Assembly (NCBI GenBank): GCA_020444425.1
Contig: JAHLLB010000002.1
Span: forward strand, 13,250-77,249
DNA length: 64,000 nt
Direction of reading: 5' to 3'
Source of the DNA: a bacterium
Lineage (GTDB): Bacteria; Electryoneota; Electryoneia; Electryoneales; Electryoneaceae
Shown: positions 1-12,500 of the stretch, one piece after another
How positions within the stretch are numbered: position 1 is the stretch's first letter
Layout of the letters: each line of letters begins with the position of its first letter
The notes under the pieces: model-generated
What the model saw: only the letters and a program-made list of their open reading frames with translations
Databases searched by the model: none
Told to the model about the DNA's origin: nothing
Made by a program: the position numbers and the translations under genes

Positions 1-1824
1 CCGATTGTCGATGAGATCGCGTACCGCAACATGGCGCTGGCATTCCTGAACGGTGCGCCTGATTTGTACCCCTTTTTCCGGCCACCGCTGTGGCCGATGC
101 TGATGGCGGGCTACTATCTCATCTTCGGCCAGGATGCCGGCTTCCTTGGCATCCGAATCCTCAGCGCAATCCTCAGTTCACTGGCAATTGTTTCCGGATT
201 TCGCATCGCGGATCGTCTGTTTGGACGCCGGAATGCGTGGATTTCAGCCGCGATCACCGCCTCCGCCGGGGTATTGCTGCACCTTAGCGCAACCGGCCTG
301 GCGACCTCGCTGTACACGTTGCTGACTGTTGAGGCAGTGCGCTTAACGTTGCACGCCTGGGATCGTCGCGACAACCCGCACCATGCGTTCCCTGCCGGAG
401 TGCTGTGGGGACTGGCGGCGCTGGCGCGTCCCAACGCCCTTGCCGGAGCGATACTTTCCATGCTGTGGTTGATCTGGCCGTACTTCCGGGTGTGGAAAAC
501 GCGTCACCGGCAGGCGTTCGAGAAGGGCGGCTGGTTGCTGCTCGGTGTCGTGCTGATCGTGCTACCGATCACGATGCTGAACTGGGTCCACGGTGATGAT
601 CCGGTTCTGATTTCGACGAACGGCGGGATCAACTTCTACCTTGGCAACAATGCGTCGGCGGATGGCCTGAGCCCACTCCACCCCGTGCTCGGACCGGACT
701 GGGCACCGGCGGAGGTGGAAGCGTGGTCGGCTGAACAGGCCGGGCGTGCGTTGACACCGAACCAGTCGTCCAACTGGTACTACGCGGAGGGACTGCGGTT
801 CTGGGTACAGCATCCGGGTGATGCTGCGTTGCTGACATTGAAGAAGCTGCTGGTCACGCTCGGCGGCACCGAAACCAGCAACAACGGCGACTGGCGATTT
901 TTTGCCGATCGGCGGGTGATGTTGCAGTTACTGTTGCTGGTCGGATTCTGGTGGATTGCTCCGCTCGGATTCGCCGGATTGCTGGCGGCACGGCGGAACC
1001 CGCAAACGGTGTACATCGCGGTGATTATCGCCGTCAATCTGCTGGTCGTTGCTGCGTTCTTTGTCGCGTCACGGTTCCGGGCACCGCTGATCCCGTTGAC
1101 TGCGCCGTTCACCGTGTATGCCATCCAGGTGATGCTTGATCGACAACAACGGCGGCGTGCGAGACGAGTGCTGATCGCCGGGATCGCGCTCATCGTTGGG
1201 CTCAACGCGGCAGCCTGGCCGTTCGCTCAGCCGGACAATCACGCCTACGGGCATCTCGTATACGGCATGCTGTACGTCAAGGAACACGATTCACACCAGG
1301 CAGCCGAGCATTTCCGGCAGGCGTTGGATGATAACCAGAACACACCTCTGGCGAACCTGTACCTCGGCGATCTCGCCCGCGATAACGAACAGTTTGAATC
1401 CGCGATCACTCGGTACCGTGCGGAAAACCTGCTCAAGCCGAAATACCGCGCGTATCGTGGCTTGGGAATCTGCTTCCGGCAGCTGGGGATGCGTGACAGT
1501 GCGCTGGTCGCATTTGAGACAGCTTACCAGATGAATCCTGCGGATGACGCGTTACGCCAAGCCCTCGCGGAAGAAGTTGGTGAACAGGCGCTGTCGGCGA
1601 TGGAAAATGGCGACGAGGCACAGGCTGTTGCAGGATTCACCCGCGCGAGTGAGATCGCTCCGGAAAACCCGTTTTTCAGCTTCGGGCTGGCCGGAGCGTT
1701 GTGGTCGGCTGGCGAGATGGATCGTGCCAATGCGATCACCGATTCACTGTATCAACGCTATCCCGATTTCGTGCCGGCGAAACAATGGGTCGAAGAAGGT
1801 TGGCGGCCCGAATCTGAACAGTAG
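1..1824 (+). CDS. Membrane glycosyltransferase of the GT-C superfamily (PMT_2/ArnT-like) with C-terminal TPR repeats; 5' end outside the window
   Basis: The reading frame is open from nt 1, and the track ORF 31..1824 is its in-frame continuation. The N-terminal roughly 380 aa form multiple hydrophobic helices resembling the transmembrane core of the ArnT/PMT_2 dolichyl- or undecaprenyl-phosphate-sugar transferase family. The C-terminal roughly 200 aa are TPR repeats (AEHFRQALDDNQNT..., YRGLGICFRQLGMRDSALVAFETAYQMNPADD...). Confidence 0.55.
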   Translation, partial: PIVDEIAYRNMALAFLNGAPDLYPFFRPPLWPMLMAGYYLIFGQDAGFLGIRILSAILSSLAIVSGFRIADRLFGRRNAWISAAITASAGVLLHLSATGLATSLYTLLTVEAVRLTLHAWDRRDNPHHAFPAGVLWGLAALARPNALAGAILSMLWLIWPYFRVWKTRHRQAFEKGGWLLLGVVLIVLPITMLNWVHGDDPVLISTNGGINFYLGNNASADGLSPLHPVLGPDWAPAEVEAWSAEQAGRALTPNQSSNWYYAEGLRFWVQHPGDAALLTLKKLLVTLGGTETSNNGDWRFFADRRVMLQLLLLVGFWWIAPLGFAGLLAARRNPQTVYIAVIIAVNLLVVAAFFVASRFRAPLIPLTAPFTVYAIQVMLDRQQRRRARRVLIAGIALIVGLNAAAWPFAQPDNHAYGHLVYGMLYVKEHDSHQAAEHFRQALDDNQNTPLANLYLGDLARDNEQFESAITRYRAENLLKPKYRAYRGLGICFRQLGMRDSALVAFETAYQMNPADDALRQALAEEVGEQALSAMENGDEAQAVAGFTRASEIAPENPFFSFGLAGALWSAGEMDRANAITDSLYQRYPDFVPAKQWVEEGWRPESEQ

Positions 1825-1967
1825 CAGGCCCGTGCCAAAGCACTTGCAAGCGTGTAGTGATGCTTCTGCCATAGACGATATGTGTGCCCCGGCCAGCTTG
1901 CTGATCGGGATTAGCTGACGTTCATCCTATTTACGGATCATTTTCGTGATCGTGAAACTGCGCCTCC

Positions 1968-2354
1968 TCACCGGGATACTGCCGGTGGCGGCGGATCGAC
2001 CGCCTGAACCATTTTCGCGTGGCCGTCATCGTCCAACGCGACAAACGTGCAGGTAGTCCGCACCACCAGCTCCTCGCGCACCAGGCCGAGGATGTCGAAG
2101 GTGATGCTTGTCCGGCCGACCTTCGGCGCGCACGCCTCGAACCGCACGATCTCCCCCACCTTCACCGGTTTCTTGAACACAATCTCGGTGAATTTGACGG
2201 TGACGACATGCATCTCACCGGTCCATGTCCGCGCGAAAATCGCCCCGGCCTCGTCCAGCCAGCCCATCATGATGCCGCCGAACAGGTTGCCGTGCGTGCC
2301 GACATCCTTCGTCATGCACATTTTCGCGGTGATCGGGTAGTGTTGCTCGCTCAT
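1968..2354 (-). CDS. Acyl-CoA thioesterase with hotdog fold (YciA-like)
   Basis: The 128-aa product carries the motif GNLFGGIMMGWLDEAG...HVVTV...VKVGEIV, typical of hotdog-fold acyl-CoA thioester hydrolases. Confidence 0.7.
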   Translation of the reverse strand: MSEQHYPITAKMCMTKDVGTHGNLFGGIMMGWLDEAGAIFARTWTGEMHVVTVKFTEIVFKKPVKVGEIVRFEACAPKVGRTSITFDILGLVREELVVRTTCTFVALDDDGHAKMVQAVDPPPPAVSR

Positions 2355-2399
2355 TGATGACTCGTTTGCGTAGTTAACCTGTGAGTACTCTCCACTAGC

Positions 2400-2425
2400 T
2401 TACCACGGGCTTAAGTCCGTGGTAA
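2400..2425. promoter_or_regulatory. Near-perfect 26-bp palindrome TTACCACGG-GCTTAAGT-CCGTGGTAA in the divergent thioesterase / flavodiiron promoter region
   Basis: Read directly from the sequence: 9-bp perfect inverted arms around a near-palindromic CTTAAG core. It lies between the divergent starts at 2354 and 2628, and there is no adjacent T-run on either strand that would make it a terminator. Confidence 0.4.
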
Positions 2426-2627
2426 TTGGGTGGGCCAGGGTCCGAAAAAAATGCGCGATGCCCGTGCAAGCTGCGCTGGTGCGGTTGAAGGAACGGTAAT
2501 ATGATCCGTGAAGTGACTCGGGAAAGAGAAGCCTGTCCCCCCGCCTCCACGAGAAATCAGCACATGCGTCCCCGTGCGTTACTTTTCCACCATCAAACAA
2601 CCAACAACGCAGCGATGGAGTCTGACC

Positions 2628-3827
2628 ATGAGTACCTCGTTCCGGGCACGTGAGATCGCGGACAACGTTTACTGGGTCGGCGCGATTGACTGGGAACTGG
2701 AAGAGTTCCACGGCTACGCCACCCCGCGCGGCACAACGTACAACGCCTACCTCATCCTCGCGGACAAGATCACGCTGATCGACACGGTCAAGGCGAAGTA
2801 TACGGACGAGCTGCTGGCACGGATCTCCTCGGTTGTGCACCCGTCACGCATTGACTACATCGTCTCCAACCACGCCGAGATGGACCACACCGGCGCGTTG
2901 CCGAAGCTGCTGGACATTGTGCAGCCGGAAGCGGTGTACGCGTCCCCGAAAGGTGTGCAGGCGTTGGAGTTGCACTATGGCGGCGAGATGAATCTCGTCG
3001 GTGTCAAGGACGGCGACACGTTGTCCCTCGGCAACATGCAGCTACAGTTCATGCTCACCAGCATGGTGCATTGGCCGGACAGCATGTTCAGCTTCCTCGA
3101 TCACGGCAAGCTGTTGTTCTCCAATGATGCGTTCGGGATGCACGTCGCATCGTCGGCATTGTGGGCCGACGAACTCGAGCCGGGCCTGATCCACGAGGAG
3201 ACGAAGAACTACTACGCGAACATCCTCTGGCCGACATCACGGGCTGTTGGGAAAACGTTGAAGGGACTGGAGAAGGCCGGGATCGAACCGGACATCATCC
3301 TCCCCGACCACGGTCCGGGCTGTCGCAAGGACCTGGACATGGTGCTGAAGTGGTACGCCGACTGGTCGGAAGGTGTCAAGGATCCGAAGCGGGCGGTGAT
3401 CCTGTTTGACACGATGTGGGGCTCAACGGCGTTGATGGCGCGTGCCATCGCGGACGGCCTGATCGAGGGTGGGATGAACGTGTCCATGCTGCCGATGGCG
3501 AAGACTGAACGCGCGCATGTGGCGATGGAATGCCTCGATGCGTCCCTGCTGCTGGTCGGTTCGCCGACGCTGAACGGAGGGATGTTCCCGTCCATCGCGG
3601 ACGCCCTGACCTACATCTCCGGCCTCAACCCGGGCAAACCGAGGATCAAGGGTGGCGTGTTCGGCTCGTACGGCTGGAGCGGCGGCCTGTATAAGAAGCT
3701 CGCGGCCCAATTGGACGATATGGGCGTCGACATCGCGCAAGATCCGCAGTCGGTGCAGTATGTGCCCAAGGCCGATGACCTCGCGGCGTGCCGGGAGTAT
3801 GGGTTGGTGTTGGCCAGCGAAGAATGA
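2628..3827 (+). CDS. Flavodiiron protein (FprA / rubredoxin:oxygen oxidoreductase or NO reductase)
   Basis: The N-terminal half is a metallo-beta-lactamase-like domain (VYWVGAIDWELEEFHG...SNHAEMDHTGAL) and the C-terminal half is a flavodoxin-like domain (VILFDTMWGSTALMA...). The preferred start is the ATG at 2628 (MSTSFRAREIADNVYWVG), which has a GGAG 8 nt upstream. The track ORF starts 54 nt earlier. Confidence 0.85.
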   Translation: MSTSFRAREIADNVYWVGAIDWELEEFHGYATPRGTTYNAYLILADKITLIDTVKAKYTDELLARISSVVHPSRIDYIVSNHAEMDHTGALPKLLDIVQPEAVYASPKGVQALELHYGGEMNLVGVKDGDTLSLGNMQLQFMLTSMVHWPDSMFSFLDHGKLLFSNDAFGMHVASSALWADELEPGLIHEETKNYYANILWPTSRAVGKTLKGLEKAGIEPDIILPDHGPGCRKDLDMVLKWYADWSEGVKDPKRAVILFDTMWGSTALMARAIADGLIEGGMNVSMLPMAKTERAHVAMECLDASLLLVGSPTLNGGMFPSIADALTYISGLNPGKPRIKGGVFGSYGWSGGLYKKLAAQLDDMGVDIAQDPQSVQYVPKADDLAACREYGLVLASEE

Positions 3828-3896
3828 TTTGAATTCTGCGTGGCAGTGTCGGAAGTCGTGAAGGTGCGAACCGATAAGCCTTTTAAGGAAGCGCGC

Positions 3897-3946
3897 AAAA
3901 AGAGACGGGGACAGCCGATTATTCGACTGTCCCCGTTGTTTTTCTC
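3897..3946. terminator. Bidirectional rho-independent terminator between the flavodiiron gene (+) and dnaK (-)
   Basis: A perfect 10-bp stem (ACGGGGACAG...CTGTCCCCGT) with a 12-nt loop is flanked by AAAAAG upstream and TGTTTTTCTC downstream. It therefore reads as hairpin plus T-tract on both strands. Confidence 0.7.
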
Positions 3947-3978
3947 AGGACTCAAGTCTCACGACTCAAGTCTGGTGT

Positions 3979-5976
<1,998 letters not shown>

Positions 5977-6271
5977 TTAAAGGTCAAGATCTGCCACGCG
6001 GGCGGACCTCTCCCGCGCTGTCAACAGTGTTGGCAACAGCCATGCCAGAACGGATCCTGCGTCTCGCGATAATCCGCAATTCACCCTGTGGATAAGAAGT
6101 GGAACGGCATACATCGCTATCCACACTTCTTACCCACCGCTGAAAGGCGCATCACCACTGGAAATGTGAGCTGGAATCGAGATGTTGTCTTCTCCCAACA
6201 CCGCTCAGTGACGAGTCTAGGGTGAAAATTGGGGAGTGCTCAAGTTGCGGAAAACGACCAACCTACAGTCT

Positions 6272-6306
6272 GCCGTAAAAGAAAAACCCTGCCGATCTGG
6301 CAGGGT
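6272..6306 (-). terminator. Rho-independent terminator downstream of the PPC-domain gene
   Basis: On the minus strand the sequence reads CCCTGCCAGATCGGCAGGG followed by TTTTTCTTTTAC, which is a 7-bp GC-rich stem plus a T-tract, about 30 nt after the stop codon at 6336. Confidence 0.6.
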
Positions 6307-6335
6307 TTGGCAGAGAATGTCTGACGATGCAGCGG

Positions 6336-7193
6336 CTACCACAGCAGCATTGCAATTACAAGGGACGGTTGCGTTGAACCATAGTTCTTGATTTCTACCT
6401 GGAACTTGTCGCCGCCGTCGTTTTCATAAACCAGCACCGGCACCTTGTCCGACTGCGTGTCCGCCTGCAGCTGGGTGTCGTTGCGGTCGTAAAGGATCAG
6501 GTCAGCGTCGCTGCAGTTTTCGTCCGCTGCACCGAGCAGGATGTTCAGTCCGTCCACGAGATGCACGTTGGTTACGGTCACGCTCTCCCCCGATCCCAAC
6601 GGCGCGCCGTACAGCGCCCATTGGTTTGGAGTGTCGATGAACGCGAGGTCATCGGCGAAGGAGCTCTGGGCCGCAGTTTCCAAACCGATATCGACACAGG
6701 TCGTGAGCTGATCGAGGTCGAGGTTGACGCCGTTTTCCTGCATCAGGACCAGGCTGCAGAAACTGGACGCCGTCGCATCGTAGAGTTTCACCGTGATGCG
6801 ATAATAGGCGGTCTTGGTCGGCGTGAACTCGAGCAACGGGTTGGCGTCGGTCTGCGTGTCTTCCTGTATTGTGTTACCCTTGCTGTCGGAGATGGTCAAG
6901 TCAACGTCGGTTGCGTCGTCATCCCCTGCCGCCATAATCAGATAACTGGTCCCGGCCTGAAATTCGGCGGACCAGCTGATTTCTTCTCCAACGTCAAACA
7001 ACGACCCCATGATGCTGATGCCGGGCATGTAGCCCACGTTGTCCACGACCAGGCCGACGAGGCCGGAATTGAGTACGATCCGGTCCATCGCCTGCTTCAT
7101 GTACTTACCCGGCGCCCAGCTGTTGATGTCTGCCATCACAGGCAACGCCAGCAGAAAAACACAGACAAGTGCAATGAAGATGCCCTTCATCAC
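6336..7193 (-). CDS. Secreted protein made only of two tandem PPC (pre-peptidase C-terminal)-like beta-sandwich domains
   Basis: It has a signal peptide (MMKGIFIALVCVFLLALPVMA). Two internally repeated modules of about 100 aa carry PPC-type motifs: DVDLTISDSKGNTIQED...AYYRITVKLYD and DADLILYDRNDTQLQAD...KFQVEIKNYG. No catalytic domain is present. Confidence 0.5.
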   Translation of the reverse strand: MMKGIFIALVCVFLLALPVMADINSWAPGKYMKQAMDRIVLNSGLVGLVVDNVGYMPGISIMGSLFDVGEEISWSAEFQAGTSYLIMAAGDDDATDVDLTISDSKGNTIQEDTQTDANPLLEFTPTKTAYYRITVKLYDATASSFCSLVLMQENGVNLDLDQLTTCVDIGLETAAQSSFADDLAFIDTPNQWALYGAPLGSGESVTVTNVHLVDGLNILLGAADENCSDADLILYDRNDTQLQADTQSDKVPVLVYENDGGDKFQVEIKNYGSTQPSLVIAMLLW

Positions 7194-7478
7194 CGTCCCC
7201 TCCCTTGTGCGTACAGCTCGATCAAAATGTCCAACTCGTCCCGAGTTAGGCGATCAGCTACAAGACGAATATATTCAGCCGCTTCTTCGTGCGCAAGACA
7301 TTATTATAAGATATAACACTAAAGTAAGTTTATCGCGATTCGAGGCGCAACTCGGTATATAATCTCACAATCGGCTCGACGGCGAAAGAGCTCCATTCGG
7401 ACAGAGAGAGCAAACCGGTCTCCGCTGGAGGCCGGTATTTCTATCGTGCGTGCATGTGCGTAGTTCGAGTTACGGGGG

Positions 7479-8135
7479 CTACTTCCAGTCCTGTTTGTTT
7501 TCGATGGTGCGCAGCAGGAACGGTGCTTCAGAAATGCCGGGCCGGTCCGGGAACTGCTTCGCCAGCGTGTCGAGCAGACGATCGAGTTCGTCGATTGGCA
7601 CTCCGACTCGAATCGCGCCGCGCAGGTGGCTGTAGAGCTGCCGTGAACGGTTCTTCATCACCAGCACGGAGACCGTTCCAATCTCACGGGTCTGCATGTC
7701 CAACCCACCGCGCGCCAGCACTTTGCCGTAGCCCTCGGCGATCATCCAGCTCGCCAGTTCCGGGCTGTTGCCGCCGATGTATTCCCGCACCCGGTCGGAC
7801 ATGACACCGTAGACCAGTTGAAACGTGTCCTGTCCACGGTCCAGCCACTGATCCCACCCGGCGGATTCATACAGCTGCTTGTCCTCTTCGCTGCCTGGCC
7901 AGATCTTTTCCAGCGTCGCTGTCGCTTCCAACGCGGTGGCGTAGCCGTCGTGCAGGTAGGTTTGCAGCAGGACTTCGTAGATCGCGCGCCGAGTGACGCC
8001 TGCGTCCTTCAGCTCACGGATCAGCTTCGTGGTCAACGGTGTCATCTGGGCGACGGTGGACGCGGCAAGCACACCGAGGGTGATCGCGTGCTCCCGTGCG
8101 GCGGGATCGGGCAGGTTGTTGGGATCGTGTGGCAT
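7479..8135 (-). CDS. Carboxymuconolactone decarboxylase (CMD/AhpD-like) family protein
   Basis: The 218-aa product has a two-lobed CMD-like pattern. This is a family-level call only. Confidence 0.5.
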   Translation of the reverse strand: MPHDPNNLPDPAAREHAITLGVLAASTVAQMTPLTTKLIRELKDAGVTRRAIYEVLLQTYLHDGYATALEATATLEKIWPGSEEDKQLYESAGWDQWLDRGQDTFQLVYGVMSDRVREYIGGNSPELASWMIAEGYGKVLARGGLDMQTREIGTVSVLVMKNRSRQLYSHLRGAIRVGVPIDELDRLLDTLAKQFPDRPGISEAPFLLRTIENKQDWK

Positions 8136-8375
8136 GTGGTTTTAATCTGTCAGTGAATTTTGAACTGCACTCATGCCCCAGACATTCATGTCTGGGATCA
8201 TCCAGCCTGGAAGTCCAACCCGCGATCATGGAGAAACGCTCCGTGATCCAAGGGGTCCATCTCCGCGTCTGCCAGTGTTTTGACACAGGCACGTACTGTA
8301 GACTCGGAAAATACGATGGAGAAACGCCCCGATGTCAGTCACCGGGGCGTGGAATCATCGTTCTTTCGTCAACGG

Positions 8376-9389
8376 TTAGAACTTGCCGTTGAGGATGTCG
8401 ATCTGGTACTGTGCCGGCTGACGGTAGTTACGGTCGTTCATCGCCTTTTCGTAGGCAGTGATGGCGGCATCTTTCTGTTCCAGATGCTGGCGTGCCCAAC
8501 CGAGTTCGAACCATGCGGCGGCGTAGTTGCCATTGATGCCGGTCGCTTGTTCGGCGGATGCAGCGGCTTCGTTGTACGACCCGAGCTTGTTCAGCTTTTC
8601 AGCCAGCGCGGTGAGGTACTTGTAGTTGCGGCTGTCCAGGGCAACAGCGGATTTGATCGCGTCTGCAGCTTCGCGCATCTGGCCGTTTTCCCCGTAGGCC
8701 TTGCCCATGTTGTAGAACGCGTCCTCGTTTGTCGCGTCCAGCTGGGTTGCCTGGGAAAACGAGCTGATGGCCTTATTGTAATCCTTCTGGTAGTAGTAGG
8801 CGAGGCCCAGGCCGGTGAACGCCTTCGACTTGTCGGCTGGATCGCCGGCTTCCACCTGCACCGCACGCTGGAACACCGCGATGGCATCACCAAACTGGCG
8901 CTTCCGGTTCAGGATCATGCCCTTGGCGTAGTACGCCTTGACATAGTTGGAATTCAGCTGCGTCGCCTGGTTGAATGCTTGTTCCGCCTGGTCGAGCTGG
9001 TTGTTGAACTGGTAGGCGAGGCCGAGGCTGTAGAAGGTCTTTGCTTCCAGCGGGTTCAGCTCTGCAGACTGGTTGAACGAGCTGATCGCGGCGGTATAAT
9101 TCCGCTGCCGCAGGTACTGATTGCCTTCGTTGTACAGCGAAATCGCGCGCGACTTTGCTTCTGCATCGGCCTGCAATGCGTTGACGGCGGCTTCAATCTC
9201 TGCCTTCAGCTGATTGTATTCCGCGAGCATATCGTCATACTTGTCAGCGTTGGCGGGATCTTTCATCAATTCCACCAATTCCTCGGCACGGGCCTTCTTT
9301 TCTTCAATTTCCGGCGTCTGCGCGTTAACGAGATTCGCACCCAGCGTCAGCAGCAGAATCGTAAGCAGCAGTAACGTTAGCCGTTTCAT
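8376..9389 (-). CDS. Secreted protein with TPR repeats
   Basis: It has a signal peptide (MKRLTLLLLTILLLTLGANLVNA, with the start moved to an internal Met) and at least 7 TPR units (YYAKGMILNRKRQFGDAIAVFQRAVQ..., YNMGKAYGENGQMREAADAIKSAV...). A 7-bp GC stem plus TTTCTC at about 8319-8349 may act as its terminator. Confidence 0.7.
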   Translation of the reverse strand: MKRLTLLLLTILLLTLGANLVNAQTPEIEEKKARAEELVELMKDPANADKYDDMLAEYNQLKAEIEAAVNALQADAEAKSRAISLYNEGNQYLRQRNYTAAISSFNQSAELNPLEAKTFYSLGLAYQFNNQLDQAEQAFNQATQLNSNYVKAYYAKGMILNRKRQFGDAIAVFQRAVQVEAGDPADKSKAFTGLGLAYYYQKDYNKAISSFSQATQLDATNEDAFYNMGKAYGENGQMREAADAIKSAVALDSRNYKYLTALAEKLNKLGSYNEAAASAEQATGINGNYAAAWFELGWARQHLEQKDAAITAYEKAMNDRNYRQPAQYQIDILNGKF

Positions 9390-9511
9390 GTTCTCACCTG
9401 GTTGTGACAAACAGTTTCGTTGCTTCATCGCGGCAAATATAGAACTCGTCTATAATACCCGCAAGCGTAATGGTGGGTTTCGCCCTGCCGCTCCTTCTGC
9501 TAAAGATTTGT

Positions 9512-12500
9512 TCACTTCGCACGTTTGAAGGAGCGCCCCCCACTCCCGTACTGCAAGGCTTCCCGGGGTCCTTCATGCTGTTGCGAAATGCCAAGGCGGG
9601 GTACCTCTCTCGCGTGTCCGTTGAAGGACGATTCGGTCTCAATCAGCTGCACCCAGTCGGCTGTCATGCTGAACACGCCGTGGTGTTCCTCGATCAGACC
9701 ATGGACCAGATACGGTCCATTCCCGCGCAGAATCGGGGCATGACGCTCGTAAACGCGTGGGAAAACCGTCACCTCGAAACGTCCGGTGAGATCCTCCATC
9801 GCGATAAATTCCATCTGCTGCTTGTTTTTGCGCGTCGTGATGCGTTTGTGTGAGTACGCCCAGCCGATCATGTTGACGTGTTGCCCACAATAACTTCCCA
9901 TCTCCCGGGACGGAATGCAACCACGATCGGGCAGATCGAGCAGCGCCAGCGGGTGTGTGCCGGGTGAAAAACCGAGCACCTTGCGTTCCGCCATGTATTT
10001 CTGCTGTTCGGTCCAATCGTCGGACGGCGGCAGGTGTGTGAACAGATCGTCGGCGTCGATGGCGAGCGGTCCCGGCCCGTTGCGGTAGGCGTCGAAGCCC
10101 GCGCGCAGGTTGCGCAGCAGGGTCGGACGGTTGACACCGAGCCCGTCCAGCGCCCCGCAGGCGATCAACGCCTCGGCTTCGTCCCGTGCGGGACGAATGC
10201 GCATGATAAAGTCGCCCAGATGCCGGAACGGGCCCAATTCACGTCGGTTCTGCAGGATCAGGTCGAGGGTTTCGTCCCGCAGCGCCCCCACTCCCCGCAG
10301 TCCGAGCTGGATCGTCTGGTTCTTGCCGAAATGTTCACGTTCGCTGCGGTTGATGTGCGGTAGCAGGACTTGCAGTCCGTTGCGTTTCGCATCGGTGACG
10401 TACGCCGCCTGGCTGTAGTAGCCGCCGCCGTTGGCGAGCACGGCCGCGTAGAACTCCGCCGGGTGATAGGCTTTCAGGTACGCGAGCTGCATCGACAAGA
10501 CGGCAAACGAGGCGCTGTGCGCCTTGCAGAACGAATACCCGGCGAAGGATTCGATCTGCCGCCACAGTTCGTCCGCGATCTTTGGTGTCACCCCGCGTTC
10601 ATGGCAGCCGAGACGGAATTCCTCGCGCAGTTTGCGCATCGCTTCGTGGCTGCGTCCCTTGCCACTCATTGCACGGCGCAGCAGGTCGGCACGGCCCAAC
10701 GGCAGCCCGGCGATGTGATGCGCGACCTTGATCACGTCTTCCTGGTAGATCATCACGCTGTGGGTTTCGGCGAGCAGCGTCTTCATCTTCGGATGCAGGT
10801 AGGTCGCTTTCGACGGATCGTTGACGCGCTCGATGTACTGCTCCATCATGCCCGATTCGCTGACTCCGGGCCGGATCACAGAACTTGCCGCGACCAGCCC
10901 CTCGAAGTTGTCGCAATCCAGCTTCTGCAACAAGGCGATCATACCCGGGGATTCGACGTAGAACACGCCCATCGTCTTGCCTGTACGCAGCATGGTGCGG
11001 GTCGGAACGTCGCGGAAGACGGTTTCAGTGTCGTCCACCAGCGGATTCAGCCCGTCCCCATTGCGCCGGACCATGGAGCAGGTGTCCTTGAGTACGCCCA
11101 GTGAACGCTGGCTAAGCAGGTCGATCTTGACCAGTCCGAGATCCTCGACGCTATACATGTCGTAGTGCGTGATGACAAAGCCCTTGTTCGCACGTTCGAG
11201 CGCACTCCAGTCGGTGATCGGGGTCGGAGTGATGACGATTCCACCAGCGTGAATCGACAGGTGCCGCGGCAGGCTGAGGATGGTCTGTGCGGCGTTGGCG
11301 ATGCTCAGCCACGGTTCCTTGTCCAGCGGGAGGTTGCGGCATTCCGGGGTTTCATCCTTCAGCGCCGCCAGCGAGGATGGATGCGAAAAATGCGGGATGT
11401 GCCGGGTGATCCGTCCGATCTCTTCTTCGGGCATACCGTACGCGAGCGCGGTTTCGTGCAGCGCGGCACGGGCGGCGAAGGTGACATAGGTCGCGATCAT
11501 CGCGACGTGATCGTCGCCGTAGGTATCGTACACGCCGTGCAGGATGTCGTCGCGGTCACGCCATGAAAAGTCAAGATCGATATCCGGCGGACTGCTGCGT
11601 TCCGGGTTCAGGAACCGCTCGAAGTAAAGGTCGTATTTGAGCGGACAGATGTCGGTTAGCCGCAGGCAGTAACAGACCATGCTGTTGGCGGCGGAGCCGC
11701 GTCCGAGGGTACGCACACCCCGCGCCCACGCCTTCCGTGCAATATCATGCACCACCAGCATGTAGCCGGTGAAGCCGAGATGGTCGATCACGCCGAGCTC
11801 GTAGGCCAACCGTTCGCGGACAGCGTCCGGCGGCGCGGGACCGTACCGCTCCCGGCTGCCTCGTTCCGCGCGATGACGGAGTTCGTCGAACGCTTCAACA
11901 CCGTCCGGCAGGTGCGGCGCGGGGAATTTCAACTCGCCAAGACGCAGGTCGACGTCGCAACGCTCGGCGAGCGACGCGGTGTTGTGCAGCGCTTCCGGCA
12001 CACTGGCGAAACAGTCGTAGAGGTGTGGAATGTCAACGAGTGCATGCCCAAGCTGATGATCACCCTGCCGCGAAAGGACGGTTCGTTCACCGATCGCGCG
12101 CAGCAGACGGACGGTTTCCCGTTGCTCCGGATGGACATGCGTAACCGGTGCGGTGGCGATGAACGGCAGACTCAGGGAACGGCCGGCGTCCCACGTACGG
12201 CGGGCATGGTCACGGGTGTGCGGATTGTCGAACGCGATGAGGTTGGCGTAGACATCGCCCGGCGTCAGCTGTTCACGCAGCGCCATCAGCAGGTCCGGCC
12301 GGTCGGACGCGGCAATCACCCCCTCCCCCAGCTCGCGGATGGCGTGCGACAGCCGGAAGTCCTGCTCCAGCTGACGTGCCGATGCCGCGCGGCAGATCGC
12401 AGCGTAGCCGGTCGCATCCTTCGCCCACAACAGCATCGTGCGGGACGGGTCGCCAGGTTCATCCAGCAACAGGCCGAGTACGGGCCGGATCTCGTTCGCT

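Noticed and set aside
7400-7445. Hairpin (ACCGGTCTCC...GGAGGCCGGT) downstream of the CMD-family gene as a terminator.
   Set aside because: The stem is imperfect and there is no proper T-tract on the minus strand, so I kept it out of the feature list.
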